This document shows, piece by piece, positions 9,174 to 19,042 of a stretch of DNA of 64,000 nucleotides. Made by a program: the position numbers and the translations under genes. Every line of letters begins with the position of its first letter. The first letter of the stretch is position 1. Origin of the DNA: an uncultured Bacteroidota bacterium (lineage in GTDB: Bacteria; Bacteroidota; Rhodothermia; Rhodothermales; Salinibacteraceae); NCBI GenBank assembly GCA_937127285.1, contig CAKZLV010000055.1, forward strand, positions 159 through 64,158, written 5' to 3'. The notes under the pieces are model-generated. The model saw only the letters and a program-made list of their open reading frames with translations, ran no database searches and was not told the origin of the DNA.

Positions 9174-9242
9174 CGCCGACGCCCCAACGCCCGAACGCAA
9201 AACGCACAACCCAAAACCCTCAACCCAAACCCCCGCACCCCG

Positions 9243-12200
9243 TTACGCCGCCACCTCTTCGGTTTCGGCGTCTTCGTCGTCGGCCATGGCGTCGAGGTCG
9301 ACGTCCTCGTCGTCCCCGTTCTGAAAGGCGCGGGCGCGCTCCAATTCCTCACGCAGGAACCCGGACGTGTGCGTATCCATCGCCGCGATCTCCTCCGGCG
9401 TTCCGGTCGCCACGATCTCGCCGCCCGCCTGGCCGCCCTCCGGACCCAGGTCGATCAGGTGATCGGCGGTCTTGATCACGTCCATGTTGTGCTCGATCAC
9501 GATCACGGTGTTGCCCTTGTCCACCAGCGCCCGCAACACGTTGAGCAGGTGCCGAATGTCCTCAAAGTGCATCCCGGTCGTGGGCTCGTCCAGGATGTAC
9601 AGGGTATCCCCCGTGCCCGGACGCGAGAGCTCCTTCGACAGCTTCACCCGCTGGGCCTCCCCGCCGGAGAGGGTCGTGGACTGCTGCCCGAGCGTGATGT
9701 AGCCGAGGCCGACGGCGTCCAGCGTCTTGAGCTTGCGCATGATCCGCGGCTGGTTCTCGAAGAACGCCAGCGCCTCTGCCACGGTCATGTCGAGCACCTC
9801 GGCGATGTTCTTGCCCTTGTACTCGACTTCGAGGGTCTCTTCGTTGTAGCGATCCCCGCCGCACTCGTCGCAGGTCACCTCCACGTCCGGCAGGAAGTTC
9901 ATCTCCAGCTTCACGTGGCCGGTTCCCCCACACTTCTTGCAGCGCCCGCCCTTCGTGTTGAAGGAAAACCGGCTCTTGCCGTATCCGCGAATCCCCGACT
10001 CCGGCAGCTGCGCAAACAGATCCCGCAGGTAGTCCATCAACTTCGTGTAGGTTGCCGGGTTCGAGCGCGGCGTCCGCCCGATCGGCTGCTGGTCGATCTC
10101 GATGACCTTGTCGATGTTGTCGATTCCCTCGACGTCGGCATACGGCAGCGGCACCGTCTTCGCCCCGTGGTGATGCCGGTGCAGAATCGGGAAGAGGGTC
10201 TGGTTGACGAGGGTGGACTTCCCCGAGCCGCTCACGCCGGTCACGCAGATAAACGTTCCGAGCGGGATTTCGACGTCCTGCCCCTTCAGGTTGTGACCCG
10301 TCGGCCCCTGGAGGACGATCGACTCGCCCGTTCCCTCCCGGCGCTCCTCAGGCAGGGTGATGACGCGGTCGCCCTGCAGATACTCGGCCGTGAAGCTCTT
10401 GAAGTCGTAGTGGGCGCTGTCGTACCCGGCGGCGCGCTCGGCGACCTTTCCGTTCCGGGGAATCCCCTCCGGCAGGCCGTCCCCGCCGGCCGTCTCCAGC
10501 GCCCCGTCGCCGCGGCGGGCGTCAATCGCCGTCTCGGCCGGGTCGACGACGAGGTCCTCCGGCGGACCCGCGGTGATCACGTGGCCGCCGTGCGTCCCGG
10601 CCCCCGGACCGAGGTCCACCACGTAGTCGGCCGCCTCGATCATCTCGCGGTCGTGCTCCACGACGAGGACGGAGTTCCCCAGATCGCGCAGGCTCTTCAG
10701 ACTCCGAATCAGCCGGTTGTTGTCGCGCGGATGCAGGCCGATCGAGGGCTCGTCCAGCACGTAGAGGACGCCGGTGAGCTGGGTGCCGACCTGCGTGGCA
10801 AGCCGGATGCGCTGGCTCTCTCCGCCGGAAAGCGTCTTGGCCGGACGGTCGAGCGTGAGGTAGCCGACGCCCACGCCGATCAAAAAGTCGAGCCGCTCCT
10901 TCACCTCCTTCACGATCGGCTCGGCAATGCGCTGCTGGCGGCCGGAGTCGAAGCCGACCTCCTCGAAGAACGCGCGGAGGTGCTGCAGGTCCATGTTTGC
11001 GAGGTCGGCGATGGATTTCCCCGCGATTTTGTAGCTGAGGGACTGCTTCTTCAGCCGCCCGCCGCCGCAGGTGGAGCAGTCCATCTTCCGCATGAACGAC
11101 TCCGCCCACTCGCGCTGCTTCGAGGAGCTGGTGTTCTCGAGCGTGTGCCAGATGTGCTGGTAGAGTCCGCCGTAGCGGTGCTTGTAGCGGACGTTCCGGC
11201 CCTTGTAGCTGTAGTCGATGTCGAACTGCTCGTCGCCGGCCCCCTCCAAAATGACCTCCCGCTGCCGGTCGGAGAGGTCCTCCAGCGGCGTGTCGAAATC
11301 GAAGTCGTAGGCGTCGGCCACCGCGCGGAGCTGGCTGAAGATCCAGATGTCCCGCGGCTTGCCGAGCGGAACGAGCCCGCCCTCGTTGATCGACTTCGAC
11401 GGATCGGGAATTACCAGATCCGGGTCGATCTCGTTGGACACCCCGAGCCCGTCGCAGTCCGGGCACGCGCCGTAGGGCGTGTTGAACGAGAACATGTTTG
11501 GGGACGCCTCGTCGTAGCTGAGCCCCGTTTCGGGGTCGACGAGGTGGCGGCTGAAGAGGTGGTCGCCCGTCTCCACGCCCTGCGGCGATCCTTCTATCAC
11601 CTCGCCGACAAGCGTCCCGCTTCCCATCTCCAGGGCCGTCGACACGCTCTTGTTGACACGGGGCCGGATGCCGTCCTTTACGACGAGTCGGTCGATCACC
11701 ACCTCGACGTCGTGGGTCTCGTAGCGCTCCAGCTTCATCCCCTCCTCGTACTCCCGGATCTCGCCGTCGACGCGGAAGCGCTCGAAGCCCTGGCTGGCCG
11801 TCTGCTCAAACAGCTCGCGGTAGTGTCCCTTGCGGCCCTTCACGACGGGCGCGAGGATCTGCAGGCGCGTTCCCTCAGGAAAGTCGAGGATGCCGTCGAC
11901 GATCTCGTCGTCGGACTGCTTCCGCATCCGGTTGCCCGTCTCGTACGAGTAGGCCGTGGCGGCGCGGGCGTAGAGGAGGCGGAGAAAGTCGTAGACCTCC
12001 GTCACGGTCCCGACCGTCGAGCGCGGGTTGCCGGAGACGGTCTTCTGCTCGATCGAGATGACGGGCGACAGCCCGTCGATGTAGTCGATGTCCGGCCGCT
12101 CCATCATCTCCAGGAACTGCCGGGCGTAGGCCGAGAGACTCTCCATGTAGCGCCGCTGTCCCTCGGCGAAGATCGTGTCGAACGCGAGGCTCGACTTGCC

Positions 12201-12308
12201 CGACCCCGAGAGCCCCGTGATCACCACCAGCTCGTTACGGGGGACGTCGAGGTCGATGTTCTGCAGGTTGTGCTCGCGCGCACCGCGGATCGTAATGCGT
12301 TCGTGCAT
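9243..12308 (-). CDS. uvrA: Excinuclease ABC subunit A
   Basis: The ORF was trimmed to [20 protein letters not shown]. It has two ABC ATPase modules ([30 protein letters not shown]) and zinc-finger cysteines. The C-terminus carries an acidic tail. Confidence 0.95.
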   Translation of the reverse strand: MHERITIRGAREHNLQNIDLDVPRNELVVITGLSGSGKSSLAFDTIFAEGQRRYMESLSAYARQFLEMMERPDIDYIDGLSPVISIEQKTVSGNPRSTVGTVTEVYDFLRLLYARAATAYSYETGNRMRKQSDDEIVDGILDFPEGTRLQILAPVVKGRKGHYRELFEQTASQGFERFRVDGEIREYEEGMKLERYETHDVEVVIDRLVVKDGIRPRVNKSVSTALEMGSGTLVGEVIEGSPQGVETGDHLFSRHLVDPETGLSYDEASPNMFSFNTPYGACPDCDGLGVSNEIDPDLVIPDPSKSINEGGLVPLGKPRDIWIFSQLRAVADAYDFDFDTPLEDLSDRQREVILEGAGDEQFDIDYSYKGRNVRYKHRYGGLYQHIWHTLENTSSSKQREWAESFMRKMDCSTCGGGRLKKQSLSYKIAGKSIADLANMDLQHLRAFFEEVGFDSGRQQRIAEPIVKEVKERLDFLIGVGVGYLTLDRPAKTLSGGESQRIRLATQVGTQLTGVLYVLDEPSIGLHPRDNNRLIRSLKSLRDLGNSVLVVEHDREMIEAADYVVDLGPGAGTHGGHVITAGPPEDLVVDPAETAIDARRGDGALETAGGDGLPEGIPRNGKVAERAAGYDSAHYDFKSFTAEYLQGDRVITLPEERREGTGESIVLQGPTGHNLKGQDVEIPLGTFICVTGVSGSGKSTLVNQTLFPILHRHHHGAKTVPLPYADVEGIDNIDKVIEIDQQPIGRTPRSNPATYTKLMDYLRDLFAQLPESGIRGYGKSRFSFNTKGGRCKKCGGTGHVKLEMNFLPDVEVTCDECGGDRYNEETLEVEYKGKNIAEVLDMTVAEALAFFENQPRIMRKLKTLDAVGLGYITLGQQSTTLSGGEAQRVKLSKELSRPGTGDTLYILDEPTTGMHFEDIRHLLNVLRALVDKGNTVIVIEHNMDVIKTADHLIDLGPEGGQAGGEIVATGTPEEIAAMDTHTSGFLREELERARAFQNGDDEDVDLDAMADDEDAETEEVAA

Positions 12309-12607
12309 GCGGGAGGGAGAGTCCAGTCTCAAGGAGTGAAGGGCAAGACGGCCGGGTGCACCACCGTCAACATCCACGTTACACGACCCGCCCGGATGCG
12401 CGTTTCCGGTCGGTGGGTGCTTCGATGTGAGTGGTTTGGCGTTCGGACCGGATATGACGGAAACGTTGGAAGTGCGGCGGGTGGGGACGTGTTGGGGGGA
12501 TTGGCGTGTTCGGGGGGTTGAGGGGGTACGGTGTTGGGGTGGTTGGGAATCCTGCGGGTGGGCGGGGCGTTCTCGCGTTGAACGTTGAATCGGTCTTTCC
12601 TATTTCC

Positions 12608-13105
12608 ATGTCTACGACTCTCGCGATCGTGCAGGAACGGTGGGCGGAGCTCGTTCGCGATCCGGCGCTTCAGGACCTGCCGTACAAGGTCGAGACGAAC
12701 GAGCGGGGGCAGATCCTTTTGAGCCCGCACTCGAACCGGCACTCCTTTCTCCAGGACAAGATCCAGCAGGTGCTTCGCCGACATGCTCCGGAGGGCTCGA
12801 CGCCCCCCGAGTTTGCCGTTGCGACTCCAAAGGGCGTGAAGAGTCCGGACGTCGCATGGATCAGCCCGGAGCGACGGCAGGAGATGGAGGCGACGGGCGA
12901 CCCGACGACGCTCGCCCCCGAGATCTGCGTCGACGTCCTCAGCGAGTCGAATACCGCCGAAGAGATGAACGAAAAGCGAGCCCTCTACCGCGAGGCCGGT
13001 GCCCGAGAAATCTGGCTCGTCGAATTGGACGGGCGCATTCGCTTCCTCAGCAACGACGAACAGGAACAGTCGCAGCTGGCCCCGGACATGCCCGATCACC
13101 TCTGA
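12608..13105 (+). CDS. Uma2 family (DUF820) putative endonuclease
   Basis: The ORF was trimmed to MSTTLAIV. It has the PD-(D/E)xK-like core typical of Uma2 (PDVAWIS..., PEICVDVLSESN..., Y..AGAREIWLV). Confidence 0.7.
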   Translation: MSTTLAIVQERWAELVRDPALQDLPYKVETNERGQILLSPHSNRHSFLQDKIQQVLRRHAPEGSTPPEFAVATPKGVKSPDVAWISPERRQEMEATGDPTTLAPEICVDVLSESNTAEEMNEKRALYREAGAREIWLVELDGRIRFLSNDEQEQSQLAPDMPDHL

Positions 13106-13112
13106 TTCCACC

Positions 13113-13176
13113 CACACGCTCAAACGCCCACACGCCCAAACGCCCAGACGCCCACACGCCCAGGCGCCCACACGCC
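13113..13176. repeat. Octamer array CA[C/A/G][A/G]CGCC x8
   Basis: Eight contiguous 8-nt units fill the whole 72-bp spacer between the convergent Uma2 and DsbA-like genes. Confidence 0.95.
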
Positions 13177-13177
13177 C

Positions 13178-14092
13178 TCACTCCTCCAGGGCCGCCTCGA
13201 TCCGGGACGCGAGGGCGGAGGGGGTGCGGGCGCCGCGGTACATGTCGCCGTTGACGAAAAACGTCGGCGTGCCGCGAACCTGTACCTGCTCGCCGGTCTG
13301 CATCGCCGTATCCACGAGGGAGGCGGCCGACTGGTGGGCGTCGCTGCTTTCATCGGTCGCGCAGGTGCGCCACCGCTCCCTGTCGATCGACGACCCGTCG
13401 AGGTAAGAAGCCGCCCGGTCGATCACGTTGTCCGGCGTCAGCCCGGCCTGGTTGTCGAAGAACGCGTCGTGGAGGGTCCAGAACGCGTCCTCGTCCTGCC
13501 GCGCCGCGCACTGTGCCGCAATCGAGGCCGGACGCGCCCACTTGTGCATCGGCAGCGGAAAGTGGGCGAAGACGTAGCGGACCGACTCCGGGTACTGCTC
13601 GCGGACGGACTCAATGAGCGGGAGGCTCTTCGCGCAGTAGGGGCACTGGAAGTCGGAGAACACCGTCAGCGTCACCGTCGCGTCGTCCGGCCCCCGCGCC
13701 GGAAGCCGGCTCACGACGTCGCCGAGCGCCTCCTGCTGGGCCTTTCCCTCTTCGGCAAGCGCCGCCTCTGCCTCGTCGAGCGACCGGCTCACGTCAACGG
13801 GCTCGCCCGCCAGAACGAGCAGCTGCTCGCCGTCGTCGCGGACGAGCACCGGAACGCGGTTGGAGCCGTTCACCGTCAGCGTAGACCGCTGAAAGCCGGG
13901 CACCGAACTGGACGACAGAGCGCCCAGCTCGACGGCCTGGGCCTGGCGCAACTGCGGGATCTGCAGCTTTAGGTTCTGAACGATGCGCTCCGTGGAAAGG
14001 GTGTCGGTCGCCGGAGCCGGCTGGGACTCCGACGCCTGGCAGCCGGTGAGCAGAATGGCAGCCGTCAGAAGAGCCAGCAAGCGAGGAACCAT
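13178..14092 (-). CDS. DsbA-family thiol:disulfide oxidoreductase lipoprotein
   Basis: It has a lipobox (LLTGC) after a signal peptide (start MVPRLLALL at 14092) and the thioredoxin-fold active site FSDFQCPYC. Confidence 0.8.
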   Translation of the reverse strand: MVPRLLALLTAAILLTGCQASESQPAPATDTLSTERIVQNLKLQIPQLRQAQAVELGALSSSSVPGFQRSTLTVNGSNRVPVLVRDDGEQLLVLAGEPVDVSRSLDEAEAALAEEGKAQQEALGDVVSRLPARGPDDATVTLTVFSDFQCPYCAKSLPLIESVREQYPESVRYVFAHFPLPMHKWARPASIAAQCAARQDEDAFWTLHDAFFDNQAGLTPDNVIDRAASYLDGSSIDRERWRTCATDESSDAHQSAASLVDTAMQTGEQVQVRGTPTFFVNGDMYRGARTPSALASRIEAALEE

Positions 14093-14420
14093 GAGAATCC
14101 AGGGAGAAAGACCAAGAGAAAGACGAGGGATCGACACGACGCCAGAAGCGGTGCCCCGGTCCGAACCGGATCAATCCGAGTCCGCGTATGCTGTGCGCCG
14201 ACCACGGTTTCCGGCTTCGGCCCCGCATGCGGGAAGCGCCGGCGAAAACGGCTTCTCCTACCCGGCCCCTTCCGCCCACCCTCTCTCTTCGACCGCCCCC
14301 TCCGGGATCGACCCGGGATAGGATCGATCCGCAGGTGGACCGACCCGGAATGAGATCACCGCGACAGAGAAAATGGGGAAAACGAAACGGGGAAACCGGT
14401 CGGCCCGCACGGACGCGACG

Positions 14421-14504
14421 GGCACCCCGCTGCAGGCACCCCGCTGCAGGCATCCTGCTACAGGCATCCTGCTACAGGCATCCTGCTACAGGCGACCTGC
14501 TCGT
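14421..14504. repeat. Tandem repeat, 14-nt unit (GGCACCCCGCTGCA x2, GGCATCCTGCTACA x3, one degenerate copy)
   Basis: Read directly from the sequence; intergenic. Confidence 0.95.
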
Positions 14505-14529
14505 TTGCACGCGGCGCGGCAGAGCCGGC

Positions 14530-15219
14530 TCAGGGATTGTCGTCTGAGAACGACTGCATCACCTGCGTGGCGAGCTTCGTCGTCTTGCCGACGTCCTCCA
14601 CGCGGCGAAGGCGGTCCACATCCGGGATCCCGCGATGCCCGAACAACAGCGGGTTGACGTCGTCCGTTCGGCGCCGCAGGCGACGGAGGTGGTTCTTGAG
14701 CCCGGTGCGGACGCTGGGGGGAACCGTGACCGACCGGTCGGGGTCGGTTTCATCTTTACCGATTTCGACTTCGGAGTTTCGGATGTCGACGTCGCTGGCC
14801 CGCAGTTGAATGGCCTGCGTGATCGGAACGCCGCATCGGAGGAGAAGCTGTGCGAACAGGCTCCGCGTCGACTCCGGGCAGCGGCCCTCGAGGCGTTCGG
14901 CGTCGGCCTCGTCCTGGATGTGGCGCACATCCGTCAGGTAAAACATGATGCCGTCCAGCGCCCGGTCGCGCTCCACCGGGGAGACGTCCGCGCGTTCCTC
15001 CAGATAGGTCATAAAATCGGACACGCTGTCCATCCACAACCAGGGGATCTCGTGACTCTCACAGTAGCGGCGGTAGCAGACGGTCCAGATCCCGTACGTC
15101 TGCGCCCGCTTGGCATCGATCCCGACGTCCTGCGCGACGTCTCGAATGGCGATCATGATCTCGATCTCGTCGCTCTCAACGGCAATCGTCGGCTTGCCGG
15201 ACCCGGACGTGGGAATCAT
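14530..15219 (-). CDS. Tyrosine-recombinase-like protein, truncated and probably non-catalytic
   Basis: It has an N-terminal SAM-like core-binding region followed by LLLRCGVPITQAIQLRASDVDIRNSEVEI (compare TGLRxSEL..L.W.DVD). The first catalytic Arg position reads Pro, and the C-terminal HxxR/Y segment is absent. Confidence 0.5.
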   Translation of the reverse strand: MIPTSGSGKPTIAVESDEIEIMIAIRDVAQDVGIDAKRAQTYGIWTVCYRRYCESHEIPWLWMDSVSDFMTYLEERADVSPVERDRALDGIMFYLTDVRHIQDEADAERLEGRCPESTRSLFAQLLLRCGVPITQAIQLRASDVDIRNSEVEIGKDETDPDRSVTVPPSVRTGLKNHLRRLRRRTDDVNPLLFGHRGIPDVDRLRRVEDVGKTTKLATQVMQSFSDDNP

Positions 15220-15871
15220 GGTCGTGCGTGCAGCAGTCAAAAGGCACGAGGCGCATACCGGACGCGCAGCGCTGGAGGAGAGCACGCGTTTCGGGCATGC
15301 CGGGGCACTGGTTGTGGACCCGATCCATCATTACGCAGGTTGCGCCGCGCAGGTTCGCTCCGAAGATCGCTCCCAAAACCGGACGGCGCGCCAGGAAACC
15401 GGACGGCGCGCCCCTCTCGCAGACGCACACCCGCAACACGAACGCTTCAGAGCATACACGCTTCAGAGCATACAATCGAGAAAGACGCCCGCTCGACCGC
15501 CCGCTTTCGGACCGGCGGCACACTCCAGACCGTGGCGGGTACACCAACCGTTGCGGATACGCAAAGAGCGGTGCCGGCAGCCTCTCCCACCGCCCTCTAG
15601 ACCGGAACAGCATCTTGTACGGAACGAAACACACGGGTCTGACGCGCGATCGAAGCGTTCGGCTCGCGCATGGTCTGCCTTCGAATGGACAGGGGGTGCC
15701 GAAACCCGTCGTTCCGTTCCCCCCGGGACCGGCGGCTCCTTTCCGGCCTTTCCGCTTTTTCCAGACCGCTCACCGGGGCCGACGAATTCAGGCTCCCCGT
15801 TTCAGCGCGAAACGCATGCCGCCGATGCCGCCTGTCCATTCTCCGACTGCCACTCTGAGGGGCTCTCTGCC

Positions 15872-16369
15872 ATGATCGACATTGAGAAGCACGTCATCAC
15901 CGACGAGTCCGGCTCTCCGGTCGCGGTCCAGATCCGGTACGAAGACTGGCTGCGTCTGGAAGGGTACCTAGCGGCTCTCTCTTCTGAATCCCGTTCGAGC
16001 GATCCTGCTCCGGGAGCCGAATCGGAGACGAAGACGCCCCCGGCCGACCGGTCCGCTCACGGCTCGGCGGACCCGACCGCTCCGGAACCGTCCGCTCCCC
16101 CAACCGCACCATCGGCCGCACCATCGGCCGGCTCCTCCGCTAAAGCAGGCTTCGACCCTCCACCGTCGGTGTCGGAGGAGGACTCCTTCCAGCAGCGCCT
16201 GCTTGAGGAGTGGGAGTCGCTCGATGCGACCTCCTCGGACGACCCGCGCCCGTCGGCGCCGGATCTGGAAGAGGCCCTCGAAGCAGCTCGCGGAGCCTGG
16301 TCTCGCCCCGAAGACGGCGAGACGTACCTTCGCGAACTACGCGCGCAGTGGGACCGTCTCTCGTCGTAA
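15872..16369 (+). CDS. Putative antitoxin with a long Pro/Ser/Ala-rich linker
   Basis: The ATG at 15872 (MIDIEKHVITDESGSPVAVQIRYEDWLRLEGYL) begins a Phd/prevent-host-death-like N-terminus. The gene ends 35 nt upstream of a PIN-domain gene. Confidence 0.5.
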   Translation: MIDIEKHVITDESGSPVAVQIRYEDWLRLEGYLAALSSESRSSDPAPGAESETKTPPADRSAHGSADPTAPEPSAPPTAPSAAPSAGSSAKAGFDPPPSVSEEDSFQQRLLEEWESLDATSSDDPRPSAPDLEEALEAARGAWSRPEDGETYLRELRAQWDRLSS

Positions 16370-16404
16370 CCCTCGTCTCTCGGACCCTTGCCTCCCCGCC
16401 CTCC

Positions 16405-16806
16405 ATGCGGTCTTACCTTCTCGACGCAATCATTCTCATAGACGTGCTCCAGGACGTTCCCGCGGCCGTGTCCTACGTCCGAACCCACGGAGACGAGGTC
16501 GTGGTTTCAGCGGCATCGCGCGCCAGCGTGCTGTCGGGGCTCGACGCCTCCACGGATCACGAGCGCGCCCGGGCCCTGTTCAACGCGATCCCGTGCCTTC
16601 CCATTACGCAGGCCGTTGCCGATCGGGCCGCGGATCTCCGGCGGCAGTACGGGTTTTCTCTGCCCGCCGCCCTCGAGGCGGCTGTTGCCCTCGAAAACAG
16701 CCTCACGCTGGTCACGCGCAACACGGACGACTTCGATCCGAACGAACATTCGTTTCTCACCGTCCCCTATCCCACCCCGGCGCGTCGCCGCGAGAGACGT
16801 TCGTAG
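16405..16806 (+). CDS. vapC: PIN-domain toxin (VapC-like)
   Basis: The N-terminus MRSYLLDAIILID carries an acidic residue, and TRNTDDF lies near the C-terminus. The length is 133 aa and the gene follows the putative antitoxin. Confidence 0.7.
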   Translation: MRSYLLDAIILIDVLQDVPAAVSYVRTHGDEVVVSAASRASVLSGLDASTDHERARALFNAIPCLPITQAVADRAADLRRQYGFSLPAALEAAVALENSLTLVTRNTDDFDPNEHSFLTVPYPTPARRRERRS

Positions 16807-16881
16807 CGCGATCTGCCGCGAGGCCCCGCGCGATCCGGCGCTCCTCGCGCTCACCGCCTCCCACTGATTTCTTTCCCCCTG

Positions 16882-17859
16882 ATGTCTCGACTGCCCGTCA
16901 CGATTCTTCACGAAAACGAGGAGTGGCTCGCTCCCCTTCTCGACGCCCTTACGGCTGCGGACGTCCCGTTCAGAGAGCGGTTCATCGCCGACGGGTCGTT
17001 CGACGTGCTGGACGCCCCGCAGGAAGGAATCTACTTGAACCGGATGAGTGCGTCGTCTCACACCCGCGGGCACACGGCCAGCGTTGATCACACCCGCCAG
17101 CTTCTGGCCCGGCTCAAGCGCCACGGTCGCCGCGTCGTCAACGGCCTGGATGCGTTCGAACTGGAGATGAGCAAGGTGCGGCAGTACCAGGCGCTGGAAG
17201 CCGCCGGCCTCCGCGTCCCACCCACGACGGCCGTCGCCGGCGGGCCGGATGCTCTCGTCGAGGCAGCCCGCACCGTGCCGACACCGTTCGTCACCAAGCA
17301 CAACCGGGGCGGAAAGGGGCTCGGCGTGCAGCTCTTCGAAACCCACGACGCGTTCGAGCAGCACGTCCGCTCCGATGCCTTCACGCCGTCGCCCGACCAC
17401 ATCACGCTGCTGCAGCAGTACATCCCGTCGAGCGACCAGACGATCACCCGGTGCGAGTTCGTGGGGGGACGATTCGTGTACGCCGTCCGCGTCGACGCGA
17501 GCGACGGCTTCGAACTCTGCCCGGCCGAGGCCTGCCGCACCGACGCCAGCGAGAACGGCGCCGCGGCCGCAGCGGACGGGGAGCGGTGTATGGTCGACGA
17601 CGAGGACGCCCTCTTCTCCCTCCGAACGGACGTGCCCGAGGACCTCATCGCTCGCTACGTGCAGTTTCTCGCGGTCGAGCGCATCGACATCGCCGGGATC
17701 GAGTTCATCGAGGACGACGAGGGGCGGCGGTGGACCTACGACGTCAACGGAACGACGAACTACAACCCCGACATCGAAGCGGCCGCCGACCGCAGCGCCT
17801 GGTCGGCCGTTGCCTCCTATCTGCAACACGAACGCGAAGCCCTCGCCTCCGTCGTCTGA
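16882..17859 (+). CDS. ATP-grasp domain protein (RimK/glutathione-synthetase-like ligase)
   Basis: Its organisation is typical of stand-alone ATP-grasp ligases: FVTKHNRGGKGLGV, LLQQYI, and IAGIEFIEDDEGRRWTYDVN. Confidence 0.8.
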   Translation: MSRLPVTILHENEEWLAPLLDALTAADVPFRERFIADGSFDVLDAPQEGIYLNRMSASSHTRGHTASVDHTRQLLARLKRHGRRVVNGLDAFELEMSKVRQYQALEAAGLRVPPTTAVAGGPDALVEAARTVPTPFVTKHNRGGKGLGVQLFETHDAFEQHVRSDAFTPSPDHITLLQQYIPSSDQTITRCEFVGGRFVYAVRVDASDGFELCPAEACRTDASENGAAAAADGERCMVDDEDALFSLRTDVPEDLIARYVQFLAVERIDIAGIEFIEDDEGRRWTYDVNGTTNYNPDIEAAADRSAWSAVASYLQHEREALASVV

Positions 17860-17892
17860 CGACGGATTGGAGGATGGGGTGATCGGCGGAAT

Positions 17893-17928
17893 GGGGGATT
17901 GGGGAGACGGGGAGACGGGGAACCGGGG
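17893..17928 (+). repeat. G-tract array, (GGGGAGAC)-type, five G4+ runs
   Basis: G-runs lie at 17893, 17901, 17909, 17917 and 17925, with loops of 4 nt or less. Confidence 0.9.
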
Positions 17929-17985
17929 AGATGACGACGATGCACGCTCACCACTTGACACCTGGCATTCGACCTCGATACTGGA

Positions 17986-19032
17986 ATGATCGACGTAGGC
18001 ATTTGGCTTCCCATCTTCGGCGGCTGGCTGCGAAACGTGGCCGACGAGAAGATGGCCCCGACCTTCGACTACAACCGGACGGTCGCGCAGGCCGCCGATG
18101 AGGCGGGCTTTTCGACGATTCTCATCCCCGAGTTGAACCTGAACGACATCGAGGGCCCCCGCGCGCCCAGCCTCGAATGCTGGACGACGACCTCGGCCCT
18201 GGCGGCAGTCACGGACGACATCCGCCTCATGGCCGCCCTCCGCCCCGGTTTCCGCGAACCCGCCGTCTCGGCGAAGATGGCCGCCAACATCGACCACATC
18301 TCCGGCGGCCGATTCGAAATCAATCTCGTCTCCGCCTGGTGGGAGGAGGAAATGAAGATGTACGTGGGCGACTGGCTCGACCACGACGCACGCTACCGCC
18401 GCTCCCGGGAGTTCATCGACATCATGAAGCGGATGTGGACGGAGGCAGAGGTTACGTTCGACGGCGACTTCTACTCCGTCCAGAACACGATCATGGAGCC
18501 GAAACCCGTGCAGGACTCCATCCCCGTCTACGCCGGCGGCGGATCGGAGGAGGGCCGCACCATGATCGCGAATCACTGCGATCACTACCTGATGCACGGC
18601 GGGACGCCCGACAAAATCGCCGGCGACATCGAGGACATGCGCCGCCGCCGCGCCGAGGCCGGCTTCGACCCGGACGCGATGCGCTTCGGCATGGCCGCGT
18701 ACGTGATCTGCCGCGACACCGAGGACGAAGCCCAGGCCGAACTGGATCGGATCACGACGATCGACTACGAGGCCGAGGGCTACGACAGCTACGACGACTT
18801 CGTGGACAACTCCGAACTCGATTCCGAGGTTGACCTGAAGGACTACTCCGTCTCCAACCGAGGCCTTCGCCCCGACCTCGTCGGGACGCCCGACCAGATC
18901 ACCGAACGGCTGCAGGAGTACGCCGACGTCGGCCTCGATCTCGTCCTCCTTCAATGCAGCCCGATGCTGGAGGAGGTCCGCCGGATCGGGCGGGACGTGC
19001 TGCCGCGACTCGAAGGCGTCGATGTCGCGTAG
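17986..19032 (+). CDS. LLM-class flavin-dependent oxidoreductase (SfnG/SsuD-like luciferase-family monooxygenase)
   Basis: It has the TIM-barrel LLM signature blocks: WLPIFGGW, DYNRTVAQAADEAGFSTILIPE, ISGGRFEINLVSAWW, and PVYAGGGSEEG. Confidence 0.85.
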   Translation: MIDVGIWLPIFGGWLRNVADEKMAPTFDYNRTVAQAADEAGFSTILIPELNLNDIEGPRAPSLECWTTTSALAAVTDDIRLMAALRPGFREPAVSAKMAANIDHISGGRFEINLVSAWWEEEMKMYVGDWLDHDARYRRSREFIDIMKRMWTEAEVTFDGDFYSVQNTIMEPKPVQDSIPVYAGGGSEEGRTMIANHCDHYLMHGGTPDKIAGDIEDMRRRRAEAGFDPDAMRFGMAAYVICRDTEDEAQAELDRITTIDYEAEGYDSYDDFVDNSELDSEVDLKDYSVSNRGLRPDLVGTPDQITERLQEYADVGLDLVLLQCSPMLEEVRRIGRDVLPRLEGVDVA

Positions 19033-19042
19033 GCGCACTCAC

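Noticed and set aside
8420-9352. 310-aa and 181-aa minus-strand ORFs across the minisatellite
   Set aside because: Their sequences (HG/MP/RH/W-rich periodic peptides) are just translations of the DNA repeat. There is no start context and no homology.
9042-12521. 1159-aa plus-strand ORF
   Set aside because: It is exactly antisense to uvrA. Its composition is dominated by Arg/Ala/Gly/Val/Leu/Pro with no motifs. This is a classic high-GC antisense artefact.
14530-15285. Active integrase marking a mobile element or prophage
   Set aside because: The catalytic C-terminal half is missing. There are no phage or transposon genes, att-like direct repeats or adjacent tRNA, so it is reported only as a degenerate recombinase-like gene.
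16507-19038. 843-aa minus-strand ORF
   Set aside because: It is antisense to the VapC, ATP-grasp and LLM genes and spans two intergenic repeat tracts. It has no recognisable domains.
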